Shown: positions 1 to 10,678, counted from the stretch's first letter. The stretch is 64,000 nt of DNA from Candidatus Bathyarchaeota archaeon (GCA_018396655.1 JAGTQF010000002.1:5962-69961), one strand, 5' to 3'. Numbers and translations are program-made. The notes: generated by a model from the sequence alone, not told the origin.

Positions 1-828
1 AAGGCATTTGAAATAATCAATGCGGCAAGGTCTTCAGTCACACTCTCCTTCATACGAGCAGACGAGCTCCTCGAGAGACGCCAGAACGTGCTCCGCCTAA
101 CAACCGGAAGCAAGAAGCTTGATGAGCTTTTGGGCGGCGGGCTTGAGACTCAAACCATAACGGAATTTTATGGCGAATATGGTTCCGGTAAAAGTCAGAT
201 TGCTCATCAGGCTTGTGTTAATGTTCAATTGCCCCCTGAGAAGGGTGGTTTGGGTGGAGGAGCCCTATACATAGATACGGAGAATACTTTCAGACCTGAG
301 CGCATAGTTCAGATGGCTAGATTCCGAGGGCTAGACCCGCAGAAGGTTGTTAGAAATATTATTTGGGCTGAGGCGTATACCTCAGACCATCAGATGTTTC
401 TTTTGGAGAACGCTGATAAGGTAATTAAGGAGAATAATATACGCTTGATAGTTGTTGACTCCTTAACTGCCCACTTTAGAAGCGAATATATTGGGCGCGA
501 GAACCTAGCCCTAAGACAACAGAAACTTAATCAGCATATGCATAAGCTTATCAGGTTGGCGAGAGCATTTAATGCTGTTGCTCTAGTAACCAACCAAGTA
601 ATGTCCAGCCCAGAGGTCTTTCTCTCGGAGACGATTCGTCCGATAGGGGGCCATATAGTCGCGCATACAAGCCATACAAGGGTATTCTTGAGGAAGGGTG
701 CTAGAGGGCCTATTAGGATAGCTAGGTTAGTCTCAAGTCCATATCTCCCGGAGGGTGAATGCCTATTTAAAATAACTGAGAATGGTATAGAGGATGTCAC
801 CGAAGAAGACCGGGGAGAATGGGGATAA
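1..828 (+). CDS. radA: DNA repair/recombination protein RadA (5' end lies outside the window)
   Basis: Frame 1 is open from nt 1 ([13 protein letters not shown]...). Walker [10 protein letters not shown], Walker B-like [13 protein letters not shown] and a RecA/Rad51 core (ALVTNQV). The ORF-track start at 88 is internal. Confidence 0.95.
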   Translation, partial: KAFEIINAARSSVTLSFIRADELLERRQNVLRLTTGSKKLDELLGGGLETQTITEFYGEYGSGKSQIAHQACVNVQLPPEKGGLGGGALYIDTENTFRPERIVQMARFRGLDPQKVVRNIIWAEAYTSDHQMFLLENADKVIKENNIRLIVVDSLTAHFRSEYIGRENLALRQQKLNQHMHKLIRLARAFNAVALVTNQVMSSPEVFLSETIRPIGGHIVAHTSHTRVFLRKGARGPIRIARLVSSPYLPEGECLFKITENGIEDVTEEDRGEWG

Positions 829-1210
829 AATTCCAGTATCAAAATCCCTCTTAAACGGCTTTTTTCAACTGATATTAGAGAGGAGATTATCCGAGGCTGA
901 GAGAAGCCTAGAAGAGATTGAGACAAAGATTAGGGCAGAGGGCCTTAATGAATTCAATCGCGGCTTTATAAGAGCACTTAAGGGCATACTTCTCATGCAT
1001 CGCTCAAACGACCAATATGTATTCTTAAGTAGCCTAAACCCAAACAACATTGACGCTTTAAGGAAGTATTATCAGGAGTTCACGAGAGATGCTGGGAACA
1101 TGCTCCACGGAGATTACGATAGAGGATATTTTCTTGCCATGGCTAAGTATATCTATTTTATGCTTAAGCATGCTGAATCAAGCCGAAAGATGGGATATCA
1201 TTTATATTGA
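794..1210 (+). CDS. hypothetical protein (no family recognised)
   Basis: 138-aa ORF overlapping the radA stop by 35 nt and converging on the 1202..1468 ORF. No motif recognised and the start is uncertain. Confidence 0.4.
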   Translation: MSPKKTGENGDKIPVSKSLLNGFFQLILERRLSEAERSLEEIETKIRAEGLNEFNRGFIRALKGILLMHRSNDQYVFLSSLNPNNIDALRKYYQEFTRDAGNMLHGDYDRGYFLAMAKYIYFMLKHAESSRKMGYHLY

Positions 1211-1468
1211 CGAAAGAAGAGTGTATAGAAGAGCCCAGAAAAATATCCAAGAGAGAATGTATATCATTATACCTGTTTTAGTTATATCTGAGGGCTTATT
1301 AACCTTCGCTATGAAAATCTGCCTCAAAATTTTGTCGCTTAGTACATAAACTGCCATACTTAATGCTGCTCCACCTATTATATTATTAACCCCCAGAAGA
1401 ATGCATAAGATAGCTGTGAAGAATCCGAGGGCCACTTTAATCCAGTAAATAATATTTAAAGGGCTCAT
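1202..1468 (-). CDS. small integral membrane protein, hypothetical
   Basis: 88 aa with hydrophobic helices (IKVALGFFTAILCILLGV, GGAALSMAVYVL, GIMIYILSWIFFWALLYTLL). More plausible than the overlapping + ORF 1089..1349. Confidence 0.5.
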   Translation of the reverse strand: MSPLNIIYWIKVALGFFTAILCILLGVNNIIGGAALSMAVYVLSDKILRQIFIAKVNKPSDITKTGIMIYILSWIFFWALLYTLLSSI

Positions 1469-1506
1469 TGAGCATCTACCTTTTTGGTGATTGTTTGAGA
1501 GAGGGT

Positions 1507-3504
1507 ATGACCAGCCTCGACATATACGTTCTTGCCACCGAACTCAACAAATTTATTCGGGAGTCGCGGATAATAAAGATTTATCAAGTGAATCATAAAA
1601 TTTTACTCCTAAAGCTCCGCAGCTCAGCGGGAGAGAACCTTCAGCTTTTGGTGGAAGCTGGAAAGAGGGGGCACTTAACATCCTATGAGGTTGAGAAGCC
1701 CAAGAGACCACCGGTCTTCTGTATGGCCCTTAGAAAGTATCTAGAGAATGGTGTTGTTAGGGAGGTCTCCCAATATGATTTTGAGAGGATACTTGAGATA
1801 CGCGTGGAGCGTGGAGGCCAGAAGTATAGGCTGATAATAGAGCTTTTTGGTGAGGGAAACATCATACTTGTGGATCCGGACAATAAAATCCTTCACGCGT
1901 TAACTTATCGAAAGATGAGGGATAGAAACATTGTACGCAATGAAGAGTTTAATTATCCCCCTAGGAGAGGCGAAGACCCTAGACAAATAAGCCTAGAAGA
2001 CCTTAAGAGGATAAGGGAGTTCGGCCAGATTGAGGTTGTTAAAGGTTTAACTAGGCTCCTTAGTATAGGAGGCTTTTATGCTGAGGAGATTCTCCAGAGG
2101 GCTGGTATAGACAAGAATAAATATTGCTCTTCGCTTGAGGCTGAGGAGCTGAATGCCATATTTAGGGGAATAAAGAGCCTGATATCTCAGATTGAGGATG
2201 GAGGATATAGACCATGTGTTTTTGTTGATGAATCTGACAGCTGGGTTGATGTAGCCCCTATTCCACTTGAGAAATATGCCGGTTTACGGGTTATTGAGTT
2301 TGAGACGTTTAATAGGGCTCTTGATGAGTATTATGCGAGGGTTGCTGCTAACATTAGGGTTGCGAGTCTTGAGGAAAGTGTTAAGCGTGAGATAGCCAAC
2401 CTAGAGAGGATTCTTAGAGAACAGGAGAAGAACTTAAGTGAATTAAGGGAAGAGTTAAGGGTTTACCAGCGGCTTGGCGACATAATATACGGCCACCTCT
2501 ACGAGCTAGATTCGTTGATATCTAGGGTTATGAGCGAAAAGAGAAGTGGGAGGGAGTGGGATGAAATCGCAAGAATGCTACTTGCCGAGAAGGAGAAGTC
2601 AATTATGCCCTCAGTCTATTTCGTATCAATCAATCCAGACGCGTTGACGCTTAAGGTTTCGGTTGATGGAGAAACATTCGATTTAAACCTTATGATGTCG
2701 GCCCAGCGGAATGCGGCAGAATATTACTCTAAAGCTAAGAGGGCTAAGGATAAGATTGAGGGGCTGGAGAAGGCTATAGAGCAAACCAAGATGAGGGTTA
2801 GCGAGGTTAGGGCTGAGGTCATCAAAAAAGCTGAGACTGCCTATAAAGCCCCACAGCTTAGGAGGAAAAGGGAGTGGTATGAAAAATTCCGTTGGTTCTT
2901 TTCATCCGAGGGCTTTCTTGTTATAGGTGGAAGAGACGCCTCAACAAACGAAGCCCTCATCAAAAAATATATGGAGCCACATGACATAGTCCTCCACGCT
3001 GACATAGCTGGCTCACCATTCGTCCTAGTAAAGACTATGGGTAAGACCCCAGCGGAGAAGACGATAGATGAGGCGGCGCAGTTCACAGCATCCTACTCCC
3101 GCGCCTGGAGGGAGCAGATTAGAGCCATAGATGTCTATTGGGTTAGACCAGAGCAGGTCAGTAAAACGCCGCCTTCAGGGCAGTATCTTCCAAGGGGCTC
3201 ATTCATGATTTATGGGTCAAAAAACTTCATTAAAAATGTTCCACTCGAAATTGCCATCGGTGTTAGAAGGGAGAATGGCGATTTTAGGGTTGTTGGTGGA
3301 CCGGTGAGCGCTATAGCTGGACAAACAAACCTCTATGTGAAGGTTGTTCCTGGTAGGGAGACAAGCGGCAGACTTGCCAAAGAGATTAGAGATAGATTGG
3401 CAAATATGGCTTATTCCGAGGATAGAGAGAAAATATTGAGGATACCGCTTGAAGAGTTTCAGGCTTTTATACCATCTGGTTTAGGGAGTATAGCGGAAGA
3501 ATAG
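1507..3504 (+). CDS. NFACT-family (RqcH/NEMF/FbpA-like) ribosome quality-control protein homologue
   Basis: NFACT-R/DUF814-type block GGRDASTNEALIKKYMEPHDIVLHADIAGSPFVLVK, a long central coiled coil and an N-terminus MTSLDIYVLATEL. Start moved from the track's TTG 1468 to ATG 1507. Confidence 0.85.
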   Translation: MTSLDIYVLATELNKFIRESRIIKIYQVNHKILLLKLRSSAGENLQLLVEAGKRGHLTSYEVEKPKRPPVFCMALRKYLENGVVREVSQYDFERILEIRVERGGQKYRLIIELFGEGNIILVDPDNKILHALTYRKMRDRNIVRNEEFNYPPRRGEDPRQISLEDLKRIREFGQIEVVKGLTRLLSIGGFYAEEILQRAGIDKNKYCSSLEAEELNAIFRGIKSLISQIEDGGYRPCVFVDESDSWVDVAPIPLEKYAGLRVIEFETFNRALDEYYARVAANIRVASLEESVKREIANLERILREQEKNLSELREELRVYQRLGDIIYGHLYELDSLISRVMSEKRSGREWDEIARMLLAEKEKSIMPSVYFVSINPDALTLKVSVDGETFDLNLMMSAQRNAAEYYSKAKRAKDKIEGLEKAIEQTKMRVSEVRAEVIKKAETAYKAPQLRRKREWYEKFRWFFSSEGFLVIGGRDASTNEALIKKYMEPHDIVLHADIAGSPFVLVKTMGKTPAEKTIDEAAQFTASYSRAWREQIRAIDVYWVRPEQVSKTPPSGQYLPRGSFMIYGSKNFIKNVPLEIAIGVRRENGDFRVVGGPVSAIAGQTNLYVKVVPGRETSGRLAKEIRDRLANMAYSEDREKILRIPLEEFQAFIPSGLGSIAEE

Positions 3505-3576
3505 AGTTTGAGAGGGGAAACACATATATTTATTAACCTTAAAACAACACTTCGTGGTTTGGAGGTTGATTTCCTC

Positions 3577-4098
3577 ATGGATTTTTACGAGGTTATTAGA
3601 ACTCGTAGGAGCATTCGGTCATATAAGCCCGACCCAGTACCAGATGATGTTTTAACTAGGATTTTAGAGGCGGCGAGGATAGCTCCCTCAGGCTCAAATC
3701 GCCAGCCATGGAAGTTTATAGTTGTGAGAGATGAGGAGTTAAAGAGGCGATTAGCTATTGCATGTCATAATCAGATGTTTATCGCTGAAGCTCCGGTTGT
3801 CATAGTTGCATGTGGATACAATATCCATTGGAATAGAGGTGAGTACATGGGGGACTTAAGCATGCTGGTTGATGTCTCAATAGCCTTCACGCATCTCATA
3901 TTAGCTGCTAGAGCTGAGGGGTTGGGAACATGCTGGATAGGCTCATTCAGTAATGAGGAGGTTAAGAGGATTCTGGGTATACCTAAGGATGTTAATGTTG
4001 TTGCGATAACACCATTAGGTTATCCAAGGGATGAGGATTTCGGCGAGCCCGGGCCCAGAAAACCCCTATCGGAAATAGTATCATTTGATAGATTTTAG
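3577..4098 (+). CDS. nitroreductase-family oxidoreductase
   Basis: MDFYEVIRTRRSIRSYKPDPVPDDVLTRILEAARIAPSGSNRQPWKFIVV is a textbook nitroreductase N-terminus. ATG 3577 chosen over the upstream track start. Confidence 0.85.
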   Translation: MDFYEVIRTRRSIRSYKPDPVPDDVLTRILEAARIAPSGSNRQPWKFIVVRDEELKRRLAIACHNQMFIAEAPVVIVACGYNIHWNRGEYMGDLSMLVDVSIAFTHLILAARAEGLGTCWIGSFSNEEVKRILGIPKDVNVVAITPLGYPRDEDFGEPGPRKPLSEIVSFDRF

Positions 4099-4183
4099 AT
4101 ATTCCATCGATATTTGGCGAGAAAATTATTAAGAATGATGTGATAAAAAACTCTTATTTAATTTACAAGATATACTTATTCTC

Positions 4184-5836
4184 ATGGAGCGAAAAAACAG
4201 CGTATCCATTGTTCCTGAACCGAAGCTCTTAAAGTTTACTGGAAGATGGTTCCCTTTCAATGGTTTCGTAAATTTCCCAGATTTTCTTAGGCGTGAATTT
4301 AATGTTCCAAAGGGAGATTGGATAATATCTGAGACATCTGAGGCTGGAACCGGGCTGAGAATCGAGGATGGTAGGGTTATAGTATGGGGTGACCGCAACA
4401 TATGCTATGCATCTCTTCTGCAGCTTATTAAGCAGGGAAGAGGAAGCCTGCCAGAGGTTAAGGTTAGGGAGGAACTTAGATTTAAGTTTAGGGGCTTTCA
4501 TCTCGATATAGCGAGAGGCGGTGTTCCGAGGGTTAAGACTTTTAAGAGAATACTGCGCCTGCTTTTTCTGCTTAAGTATAATTATTTCGCCATATATTTT
4601 GAAGACCTATTTCCCTGGAAAAATTATCCACAGATAGGTGCTCATAGGGGTCGGCTAACTGAGGAGGAGTTAAAGGAAATAATAGATTATGGGCGTAATC
4701 TTGGTATAGAGGTTTTCCCATCACTCGAACTGTCAGGGCACATGGAAAATATACTTTCGCTTCCGGAATTTCAGAGGTTTAGTGAATGGCATAATCCTAG
4801 AGAAGGCTGCTTAAATGTAAGTGATGAAGGGGCGAGGAAATTCGCCTACGAACTTCTTGAGGAAGTTATTGAGTTCTTCTCTCCATCAACCTACATCCAT
4901 CTGGGCGGTGATGAAACGTGGTCTCTTGGAAGGGGTAAGAGCCTTAATAGAACATGGGTCTTTGAAGGGCCCCGATTATATGAAATGCACCATAGGAATA
5001 TGGTGATGAGAGTTAGAGGAAGGGATAAGGTTCCAATATTATGGGGTGACATGATATCTGGGATGTATCTTGGGGAGGAGGCGTTGAAATGGCGTGAAGT
5101 TTTAGAGAGTAGTATATGGCGCGAATCAATTATAGCGAACTGGGATTATAGCCCAAGCCCAAAGGAGCACTTTAGAGATAAAATAAGAATCTTTAAGGAT
5201 AGGAGTTTAGAGCAGATAATTTGCCCAGGTCTATCAAACTGGAATAGATATTACCCAAATTTCGATATAGCTCTAGAGAATCTGAGAAACTTCTTTGCCG
5301 CGGCTAGAGAGGAAGGTGTTCTTGGCTTTCTAGTGACAGCTTGGGGTGATGATGGTGAAGAATGTCTCTTCTCACTATTAGACCCGCTTATATTGGCGAG
5401 CATGGAGATTGCTGAAGGATACGGGGATTGGCAGAGAAAGTGGCTTGCCATAAGCGGAGAAGACGAGAAGGTCCTTAAAGCTAGGCTCATGTTTGGGAGA
5501 CCCGAATTCTCGGACGTTATAAAGCATGTTATGTTCATGGATTTCTGGTATAGTAGGTTGTCGTCTGAGGATAAGGAGAGAATAAGACTGGTATGGAGGG
5601 ATATATTGGAGAACGTTGAGGGCGTTAATATGCCCGAAGACTTGGATTTTATACGGAGATTGCTGTCTCTCGGAATAAAAGTACTTGAGGGGAAAGCAAG
5701 GGTCTCCGATTATATTGCGCTCTCAAACATATATGCAAAACTCTGGCTGGAGGAAAGAAAACCCGAGGGATTGGATAAAATAGTTGAGAGGTTCTGGGGT
5801 GCGGCTGGCAAAATAGATACGCTTCCACATCCCTAG
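4184..5836 (+). CDS. glycoside hydrolase family 20-like (beta-N-acetylhexosaminidase-like) protein
   Basis: FRGFHLDIARG followed by YIHLGGDETW, the H-x-G-G-D-E catalytic motif of GH20 TIM barrels. No signal peptide seen. Confidence 0.7.
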   Translation: MERKNSVSIVPEPKLLKFTGRWFPFNGFVNFPDFLRREFNVPKGDWIISETSEAGTGLRIEDGRVIVWGDRNICYASLLQLIKQGRGSLPEVKVREELRFKFRGFHLDIARGGVPRVKTFKRILRLLFLLKYNYFAIYFEDLFPWKNYPQIGAHRGRLTEEELKEIIDYGRNLGIEVFPSLELSGHMENILSLPEFQRFSEWHNPREGCLNVSDEGARKFAYELLEEVIEFFSPSTYIHLGGDETWSLGRGKSLNRTWVFEGPRLYEMHHRNMVMRVRGRDKVPILWGDMISGMYLGEEALKWREVLESSIWRESIIANWDYSPSPKEHFRDKIRIFKDRSLEQIICPGLSNWNRYYPNFDIALENLRNFFAAAREEGVLGFLVTAWGDDGEECLFSLLDPLILASMEIAEGYGDWQRKWLAISGEDEKVLKARLMFGRPEFSDVIKHVMFMDFWYSRLSSEDKERIRLVWRDILENVEGVNMPEDLDFIRRLLSLGIKVLEGKARVSDYIALSNIYAKLWLEERKPEGLDKIVERFWGAAGKIDTLPHP

Positions 5837-5868
5837 CCTTCTAAGAAGGATGGTGAGGGAGTAAATAC

Positions 5869-7134
5869 TTGGTTGACGCATGGTTACCTTATGGTAGGGT
5901 AGAAGTATGTGCTAGGGTGCCGACCGAGAATCTAGAGGCTATATTAAGCTTGGGTGCTAAGGCTGGCACCAAAGACTTTGAGGGCGAGATTAGAAGGTCT
6001 TTAGAGGCTCCTCTTGGAGCGAAGAGGCTATCTGAGATTGCTGGTCCAGAGGACAATATTGTTTTGGCCCTAAATGCCCTTGATGCGTTGATAGCCAAAC
6101 CTGTTATTTCATCTATTCTGGGAGAAATTTCCTCGGCTGGATTAAAAGGCGAGAATCTAAAGGTTATATTCATGCAGCCTATCTTCCACTCAAAGATAAC
6201 CCTATCTATGGGTCGCCTTAAGGATGAATTATCTTCGCTTGGTGTTAGCGTATTGTTTCATGATGCTTTAAGTGAGAATGTTTATGTTGGCGATACCGAG
6301 AGCGGTGTAAAGGTTTATATTGATAAGGTTTTCGCTCAATCAAAAGTTAAAATTATAGCAAGCTTAATCGAGCCAAACCCATATACGCTTTATAGAGGGG
6401 GCGGATGCGATTTAATCCTCGGATTATCAAGTATTGAGACTCTTAGACAGATTTTTATGCCAGCTCTCAATACCGAAAACCCCTCAGACCAAATCTTTAG
6501 AGAGACACATAAGGCATCGTTAATGCTGGGAGACGTGTTTAGCATAAATATTGTGGGGAATACAAAGGGGGAAATTATTAAGGCCTTTGCCGGAGACCTA
6601 GAGAGGAGCTTTCAAGAAGGTATCAGGGTCGCTAACGAGGTTTATAGGGTTTCAGTAGATAGAAGAACCGATATAATTATTGTTAGCGCTGGTGGTTCAC
6701 CATTTGACTCCAGCCTCTTTGACGCTTGCGGATGCCTAGAGAATGCGCTTAAGGTTGTAAAGAGAAATGGCTGCATCATCCTGGTGGCTGAATGCCTACA
6801 GGGATATGGAGACATGGAATTTCAAGAAGCTATGCTGAGATTTAAGGGGGACTTAATCTCCTTGGGAAGGTCGTTGCAGAAAAAGTTCACTATTGGCGGA
6901 TTTGTAGCTTACCGCTTCCTGAGAGCCTTGAAAAGAGCCCATGTCAGCATGGTTTCGGCACTACCGGACTTCTATGTTTCGGAGATAGGTGACTTAAGAA
7001 TTTTTAGGACCGTGAATGAGGCTTTAGCGAATGCGCTGAGTGAGCTTGGGAGGAAATCTAAGGTTCTAGTTATACCCAACGGTAGCTTAGTGATACCAGA
7101 ACTGAAAGCGGTGGGGGTTACCGGCGCTGGATGA
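5869..7134 (+). CDS. LarA-like (DUF2088, nickel-pincer racemase/epimerase family) protein
   Basis: N-terminus VDAWLPYGRVEVCARVP and the block VSAGGSPFDSSLFDACGCLENALKVVKRNGCIILVAEC resemble the LarA GGYPLDQNLYQ...ILVAEC region. TTG start. Confidence 0.6.
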   Translation: MVDAWLPYGRVEVCARVPTENLEAILSLGAKAGTKDFEGEIRRSLEAPLGAKRLSEIAGPEDNIVLALNALDALIAKPVISSILGEISSAGLKGENLKVIFMQPIFHSKITLSMGRLKDELSSLGVSVLFHDALSENVYVGDTESGVKVYIDKVFAQSKVKIIASLIEPNPYTLYRGGGCDLILGLSSIETLRQIFMPALNTENPSDQIFRETHKASLMLGDVFSINIVGNTKGEIIKAFAGDLERSFQEGIRVANEVYRVSVDRRTDIIIVSAGGSPFDSSLFDACGCLENALKVVKRNGCIILVAECLQGYGDMEFQEAMLRFKGDLISLGRSLQKKFTIGGFVAYRFLRALKRAHVSMVSALPDFYVSEIGDLRIFRTVNEALANALSELGRKSKVLVIPNGSLVIPELKAVGVTGAG

Positions 7135-7185
7135 AAATAACTTTTTAAGTTTCCTCATGTTAAATTAGTCCTTGCTGGGTCGAAA

Positions 7186-7659
7186 GTGGAGAAAACATTT
7201 ACCATTAGGAAGTTTAGGCCCGAAGACTTGAACCAAGTAATGTATATAAATCAGACGTGTCTCCCAGAGAATTACTCGACATACTTTTTCGTGGATTTAT
7301 ATACCAATTTCCCAGAAACCTTTATTGTTGCTGAGGAGGACGGTAAGGTTGTTGGTTACATAATGTGCCGCATTGAGAGCGGGTTCTCAGGCTTAAGCCT
7401 AATAAAGAGGGGGCATGTAATTTCAATAGCTGTTCTCCCAGCATATAGGCGGAGGGGTATTGGGGAAGCGCTACTTAAGGAAGCGCTTAACGCCATGGTA
7501 ACATATTATGGCGTGAAAGAATGTTATTTAGAAGTTAGGGTTAGTAATACGCCGGCAATAAATCTCTACAAGAAGATGGGCTTTAAGATTGAGAGGACCA
7601 TATGGAGGTATTATGCTGATGGCGAGAATGCCTATTTGATGCGCGTTAAACTGGCTTGA
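7186..7659 (+). CDS. N-alpha-acetyltransferase, RimI/Ard1-type GNAT
   Basis: 157 aa. Q/RxxGxG/A acetyl-CoA motif YRRRGIGEALL and a layout typical of the archaeal RimI/Ard1 family. GTG start. Confidence 0.8.
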   Translation: MEKTFTIRKFRPEDLNQVMYINQTCLPENYSTYFFVDLYTNFPETFIVAEEDGKVVGYIMCRIESGFSGLSLIKRGHVISIAVLPAYRRRGIGEALLKEALNAMVTYYGVKECYLEVRVSNTPAINLYKKMGFKIERTIWRYYADGENAYLMRVKLA

Positions 7660-7688
7660 GAATATGAGGTGTGATTTGAGGGTTGCCC

Positions 7689-7988
7689 ATGAGCGCGGGG
7701 AAGAAGCACGTATCTAAGAGTGAGGTTGAGCATATCGCTTGGCTCGCACATATAGAGTTGACTGAGGAAGAGAAGGAGCTTTTCACCGAGCAGTTTAATA
7801 GGATTCTAGATTTTTTCAGGAAGATTGATGAGGTTGATACTAATAATGTGCCCCCAACGTACCACGTGCTCGAATTAGTTAACGTTTATCGGAAGGATGA
7901 GGTTGGGGAGCCTCTGCCGAAGGAAGAGGTTTTAAAGAATGCACCTAGGCGAGAAGACGATTTCTTCAAGTCGCCTAAAATAGTCTAA
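7689..7988 (+). CDS. gatC: Asp/Glu-tRNA amidotransferase subunit C
   Basis: VEHIAWLAHIELTEEEKELFTEQFNRILDFFRKIDEVDT is the GatC signature. The stop overlaps the gatA start (TAATG). Confidence 0.85.
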   Translation: MSAGKKHVSKSEVEHIAWLAHIELTEEEKELFTEQFNRILDFFRKIDEVDTNNVPPTYHVLELVNVYRKDEVGEPLPKEEVLKNAPRREDDFFKSPKIV

Positions 7989-9481
7989 TGGAGCCCTATC
8001 TTGGGGGTTCATCCCTAATGAGGCTTTTTGAATTGAACGCCATAGATGTTGTTAATGGGATAAGGCGACGGGATATAACGGCTGAAGATTACATTTGCTC
8101 AATAATAGAGCGCATTAAAGCACTCGATGGGAAGATAAATGCTTTCATCACACCCACCTTCGATTTGGCGCTGGAGAAGGCCAGAGAAATCGATAAGAGA
8201 GTTGAGAAGGGCGAGATTGTTGGTAGGTTGGCTGGTGTAGCCATAGCAATTAAAGATAACATATGCACACTTGGCATCAGAACAACATGTGCATCACGCA
8301 TGCTTGAAAACTTCATTCCACCATATGATGCAACGGTTATAGAGAGGCTTAAGCGGGAAGATGCCATAATAATTGGAAAAACTAATATGGATGAGTTCGC
8401 AATGGGCTCGACTACCGAAACCAGCTACTTCGGTCCAACAAGAAATCCATGGGATTTAAGCAAGGTTCCCGGAGGTTCTTCCGGTGGGAGCGCTGCAGCC
8501 CTAATAGCGGACATGGCGACCCTAGCACTTGGCTCAGATACTGGAGGCTCAATTAGGTGCCCAGCCAGCTATTGCTCTGTCATTGGGCTTAAGCCAACCT
8601 ATGGTCTGGTAAGCCGATATGGGCTTATAGCTTACGCCAATAGCTTAGAGCAGATAGGGCCATTAGCTAAGAGCACAGCTGACTGTGCGCTGCTCCTATC
8701 AGTTATAGGCGGATATGACCCCCGAGACAGCACGTCAGTAAATATTCCGTTAAATGATTTCTTCCAAGGATTAACGGATGATTTAAGGGGGTTAAGGATT
8801 GGCTTGCCTAAAGAGTTCTTTGGTGAGGGAGTTGAGGACTCTGTTAAAAGGCACGTTTGGTCGGCTATTCATGTGCTTGAGGGTCTAGGCGCTGTGTATG
8901 AGGAGTTTTCTCTGCCTAGCTTAGAATATGCCTTAGCCGCATATTATATTATCGCGATGTCCGAAGCCAGCTCAAACCTAGCCAGATATGATGGCCTGCG
9001 ATATGGCTATCGTGTTGAGCATGATGATGCTGACTGGTCGAGGATTTATGCGAGAAATAGGCGTATAGGCTTTGGGGCCGAAGTTATGAGGCGAATAATG
9101 CTTGGAACATACGCTCTTTCAGCTGGCTATTACGAGCAATATTACTTGAAGGCCCTTAAAATCAGAACATTAATACGTAGAGAATTCGAAGAGGCCCTAA
9201 AGAGATTTGATGTGCTAATTGGACCAACAATGCCGCTTCCACCATTCAATATTGGCGAGAAGATAGGTGACCCATTAACCCTATATATGTGTGATGTTTT
9301 AACCGTTCCAGCCAACTTAACTGGTTACCCAGCGATATCTGTACCGTGCGGATTTGAAGGCAATCTTCCAATAGGATTACAGGCTATAACTAAACCATTT
9401 AATGAGGATTTGCTTCTAAAGATATCGTTCGCCCTAGAAGCCAACACGGACTTCACTAGAAGGAGACCGAATCTCTCCTGA
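7988..9481 (+). CDS. gatA: Asp/Glu-tRNA amidotransferase subunit A (amidase signature family)
   Basis: Amidase signature GGSSGGSAAALIA plus SDTGGSIRCPAS. Size is 497 aa and it follows gatC directly. Confidence 0.9.
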   Translation: MEPYLGGSSLMRLFELNAIDVVNGIRRRDITAEDYICSIIERIKALDGKINAFITPTFDLALEKAREIDKRVEKGEIVGRLAGVAIAIKDNICTLGIRTTCASRMLENFIPPYDATVIERLKREDAIIIGKTNMDEFAMGSTTETSYFGPTRNPWDLSKVPGGSSGGSAAALIADMATLALGSDTGGSIRCPASYCSVIGLKPTYGLVSRYGLIAYANSLEQIGPLAKSTADCALLLSVIGGYDPRDSTSVNIPLNDFFQGLTDDLRGLRIGLPKEFFGEGVEDSVKRHVWSAIHVLEGLGAVYEEFSLPSLEYALAAYYIIAMSEASSNLARYDGLRYGYRVEHDDADWSRIYARNRRIGFGAEVMRRIMLGTYALSAGYYEQYYLKALKIRTLIRREFEEALKRFDVLIGPTMPLPPFNIGEKIGDPLTLYMCDVLTVPANLTGYPAISVPCGFEGNLPIGLQAITKPFNEDLLLKISFALEANTDFTRRRPNLS

Positions 9482-9556
9482 ATAAGTTAAGAAAGATATT
9501 TGCGGAAATAAACCTTTATTGCCTGCTTTAGATTTTAGTTGGAATTGAAATTGGAG

Positions 9557-10666
9557 ATGAGGGGATGTCCATTGAATCATAGGGAGAGGTTTCTTAGAAC
9601 CTTTGAGTTTAAGGAGGTTGATAGGTTTCCGGATTACGAGTTTGGCTATTGGGCTGAGACGATAGATAGGTGGCATAGGGAGGGTCTTCCAATCGACAAG
9701 AAGACCAATAGAGATGTAGAGCTATACTTGGGGCTTGAGGGATGGGATTGTATTGAGATGCTGCCAGTTAGAACTGGACTTTGGCCAACACTCCCAGAGA
9801 GGATAATAAAGGAGGATGGAGATAGGGTGATTGTAGATGATGGGATGGGCGGCATCTATATGCGGACTAAGTCAACCTCCTCAGTTCCTCATTATATCCG
9901 CCACCCGCTAAAGAATAGGGATGATTGGGAGCGGCTGAGACCATTCTTCGACCCAAACACTCCGGGGCGGTTCCCACTAAATTGGGAGGAGGTTGCGGCG
10001 AGCTATAAGGAGCGTGATTATCCGCTTGGGATTCATGTTGGAAGCCTATATGGTTGGCTGAGGAACTGGATGGGCGTTGAGAGAATCTCGATAGCCCTCT
10101 ATAGGGACCCAGATTGGATTGGGGAGATGATGGATGCTCTCGTTAACTTATGGATTGAGATTATCCGCAGAGCCCTGAGGGATGTTAGGGTGGACTTCGC
10201 AGCATGGTGGGAGGATATGTGCTATAGTCGTGGGCCGCTAATATCAGTCCGCCACTTTGAGGAGTTCATGGTTCCAAGATATAAAAGAGTAACTGAGGTG
10301 CTAAAGGAATATGGCGTGCGCATAAATATCCTTGATTGCGATGGGGACATAAGCCTCCTAGTTCCTGGATGGCTTAAGGCTGGAATAAACTGCATGTTTC
10401 CCCTAGAGGCGCGTTTCACGGATGTTTATAGGCTTAGGGCAGAGTATGGCGATAAGCTCCTGCTAATGGGCGGTGTAAATAAACTCGCTTTAATGGCTGG
10501 TGAGAAGGGGATAGAGAAGGAGCTTGAGAGGCTTACACCATTACTTAGGGAGGGTGGATATATACCGACAGTCGACCATAGAGTCCCACCTGAAATCTCC
10601 TATCAAACCTACCTTTATTATCTCAGAAGAAAAAGGGAATGGATTGGAAGGAAGGACATATTTTAG
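9557..10666 (+). CDS. uroporphyrinogen decarboxylase (URO-D) family protein, function unknown
   Basis: Overall URO-D-like TIM-barrel pattern (RERFLRTFEFKEVDRFP at the N-terminus, DCDGD, IPTVDHRVPPE near the C-terminus). ATG 9557 preferred over the upstream TTG. Confidence 0.55.
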   Translation: MRGCPLNHRERFLRTFEFKEVDRFPDYEFGYWAETIDRWHREGLPIDKKTNRDVELYLGLEGWDCIEMLPVRTGLWPTLPERIIKEDGDRVIVDDGMGGIYMRTKSTSSVPHYIRHPLKNRDDWERLRPFFDPNTPGRFPLNWEEVAASYKERDYPLGIHVGSLYGWLRNWMGVERISIALYRDPDWIGEMMDALVNLWIEIIRRALRDVRVDFAAWWEDMCYSRGPLISVRHFEEFMVPRYKRVTEVLKEYGVRINILDCDGDISLLVPGWLKAGINCMFPLEARFTDVYRLRAEYGDKLLLMGGVNKLALMAGEKGIEKELERLTPLLREGGYIPTVDHRVPPEISYQTYLYYLRRKREWIGRKDIF

Positions 10667-10678
10667 GGGCTAGAAGTT

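Noticed and set aside
1089-1349. An 86-aa + strand ORF overlapping both the 794-1210 ORF and the 1202-1468 membrane ORF.
   Set aside because: It conflicts with two better-supported ORFs, and the minus-strand membrane protein has coherent TM helices. No motif supports it.
7689-9481. gatC-gatA without an adjacent gatB, considered as a possible anomaly.
   Set aside because: gatB is frequently encoded elsewhere in archaeal and bacterial genomes, so this is not informative by itself.
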